NCBI GenBank assembly: GCA_036498265.1
Contig: DASYFT010000005.1
Coordinates: 13,832-77,831 of the forward strand
Length of the DNA stretch: 64,000 bases
Source of the DNA: Solirubrobacteraceae bacterium
GTDB taxonomy: Bacteria > Actinomycetota > Thermoleophilia > Solirubrobacterales > Solirubrobacteraceae
Direction: 5' to 3'
Within the stretch, counting starts at the first letter, position 1. Each line of letters begins with the position of its first letter. The notes beneath the pieces are model-generated. The model ran no database searches. It was given only the letters and a program-made list of their open reading frames with translations, and was not told the origin of the DNA. Shown in pieces: positions 63,573-64,000 of this stretch. A program made the position numbers and the translations under genes.

Positions 63573-63800
63573 GAGGCTCGCGAGCAGACGCGTTGCAGCG
63601 GAGTCGAATCGCCCTACCTCGCCGTATGGCCGCGCGAGGAGCATCGCTCCCTCGAGGCCGCCGAGGACGGTCCGCGCTGCCTCGCTGGGAGGACCGTCGA
63701 ACGACAGGGCGTCCTCTGATCGGCCCTGTGCGAGCACGCGGGTCAACCACGTCTCGTTGTCGTCGAAGAACCGAAGGACGCCTTCCCTCAGGAGCCTTAT
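63498..63800 (-). pseudogene. TetR-family C-terminal-domain fragment lacking the HTH (probable 5'-truncated remnant)
   Basis: In-frame translation LREGVLRFFDDNETWLTRVLAQGRSEDALSFDGPPSEAARTVLGGLEGAMLLARPYGEV resembles a TetR ligand-domain end. An in-frame TAG at 63801-63803 leaves no room for an N-terminal HTH before the next gene. Confidence 0.5.
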
Positions 63801-63864
63801 CTACTGGTAGGTAGAGTGTCAACCCAGGGGCTGGTCACGGCCGAGCGAATGTGGGGAGGTTGCG

Positions 63865-64000
63865 ATGAGCTTCACGCTGGCGCACCTGGACGACTGCGAG
63901 ACGGTCGGCGATTGGCATCTCGTCCGGCGCACGCTTGGGCTACGGGCATTCGGCGTCAACGTCGTCGAGATCCCTGCGGGCGAGCAGATTCCCGAGCACG
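63865..64000 (+). CDS. cupin-domain protein, 3' end outside the window
   Basis: GGGGAGG RBS plus ATG at 63865. My own translation is MSFTLAHLDDCETVGDWHLVRRTLGLRAFGVNVVEIPAGEQIPEH. It is not in the ORF track because it is open-ended. Confidence 0.5.
   Translation, partial: MSFTLAHLDDCETVGDWHLVRRTLGLRAFGVNVVEIPAGEQIPEH

Overview
This 64-kb window is high-GC (roughly 68-72% by hand counts) actinobacterial-type chromosome. The gene content and the many secreted PKD, ASST and NTF2-like proteins resemble Thermoleophilia/Solirubrobacterales, but that is inference only. I support about 60 protein-coding genes and one tRNA-Thr(CGT). I found no rRNA, CRISPR array, transposase, integrase or prophage genes.

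Layout:
- 1-6.8 kb: glycan-modification cluster with a two-domain glycosyltransferase, a TylF-type methyltransferase, a GT2, rmlC and an orphan PPTase.
- 6.8-23.8 kb: mostly housekeeping genes. These are ctaA, hup, an ECF sigma factor with a fused membrane and disordered tail, a DUF892 protein with a basic repeat tail, nrdJ, tmk, holB, a PHP phosphoesterase, a membrane NERD protein, a P450, recQ and tRNA-Thr.
- 23.8-36 kb: accessory-looking block directly after the tRNA. It is dominated by SnoaL/NTF2-like small genes: eight genes carrying nine domains, plus two 5' remnants. It also holds a PQQ-like beta-propeller, a TetR-MFS-Usp unit, a PAS-GAF sensor, an SDR and a FAH-family hydrolase.
- 36-48.7 kb: LAL/LuxR regulator, DedA, epoxide hydrolase, redoxin, a tandem PKD-protein operon, a methyltransferase, a secreted lipase and a large SNF2 ATPase with a HARP-like N-terminus.
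- 48.9-58 kb: compact locus with three paralogous arylsulfotransferase (ASST)-type beta-propellers, a Tat/FGly-type sulfatase and a DHA2 MFS transporter.
- 58-64 kb: another SnoaL gene, DUF72, a GH76-like protein, TfoX-N, a Tat ferritin-like protein, an ECF sigma/RskA-like anti-sigma pair, a TetR remnant and a partial cupin gene.

The two most system-like candidates are the ASST/sulfatase/MFS locus and the SnoaL two-module unit, which is present in split, fused and decayed states. All functional calls rest on motif recognition by eye; no database search was run. Many long ORFs in the track are antisense high-GC artefacts and were not called.
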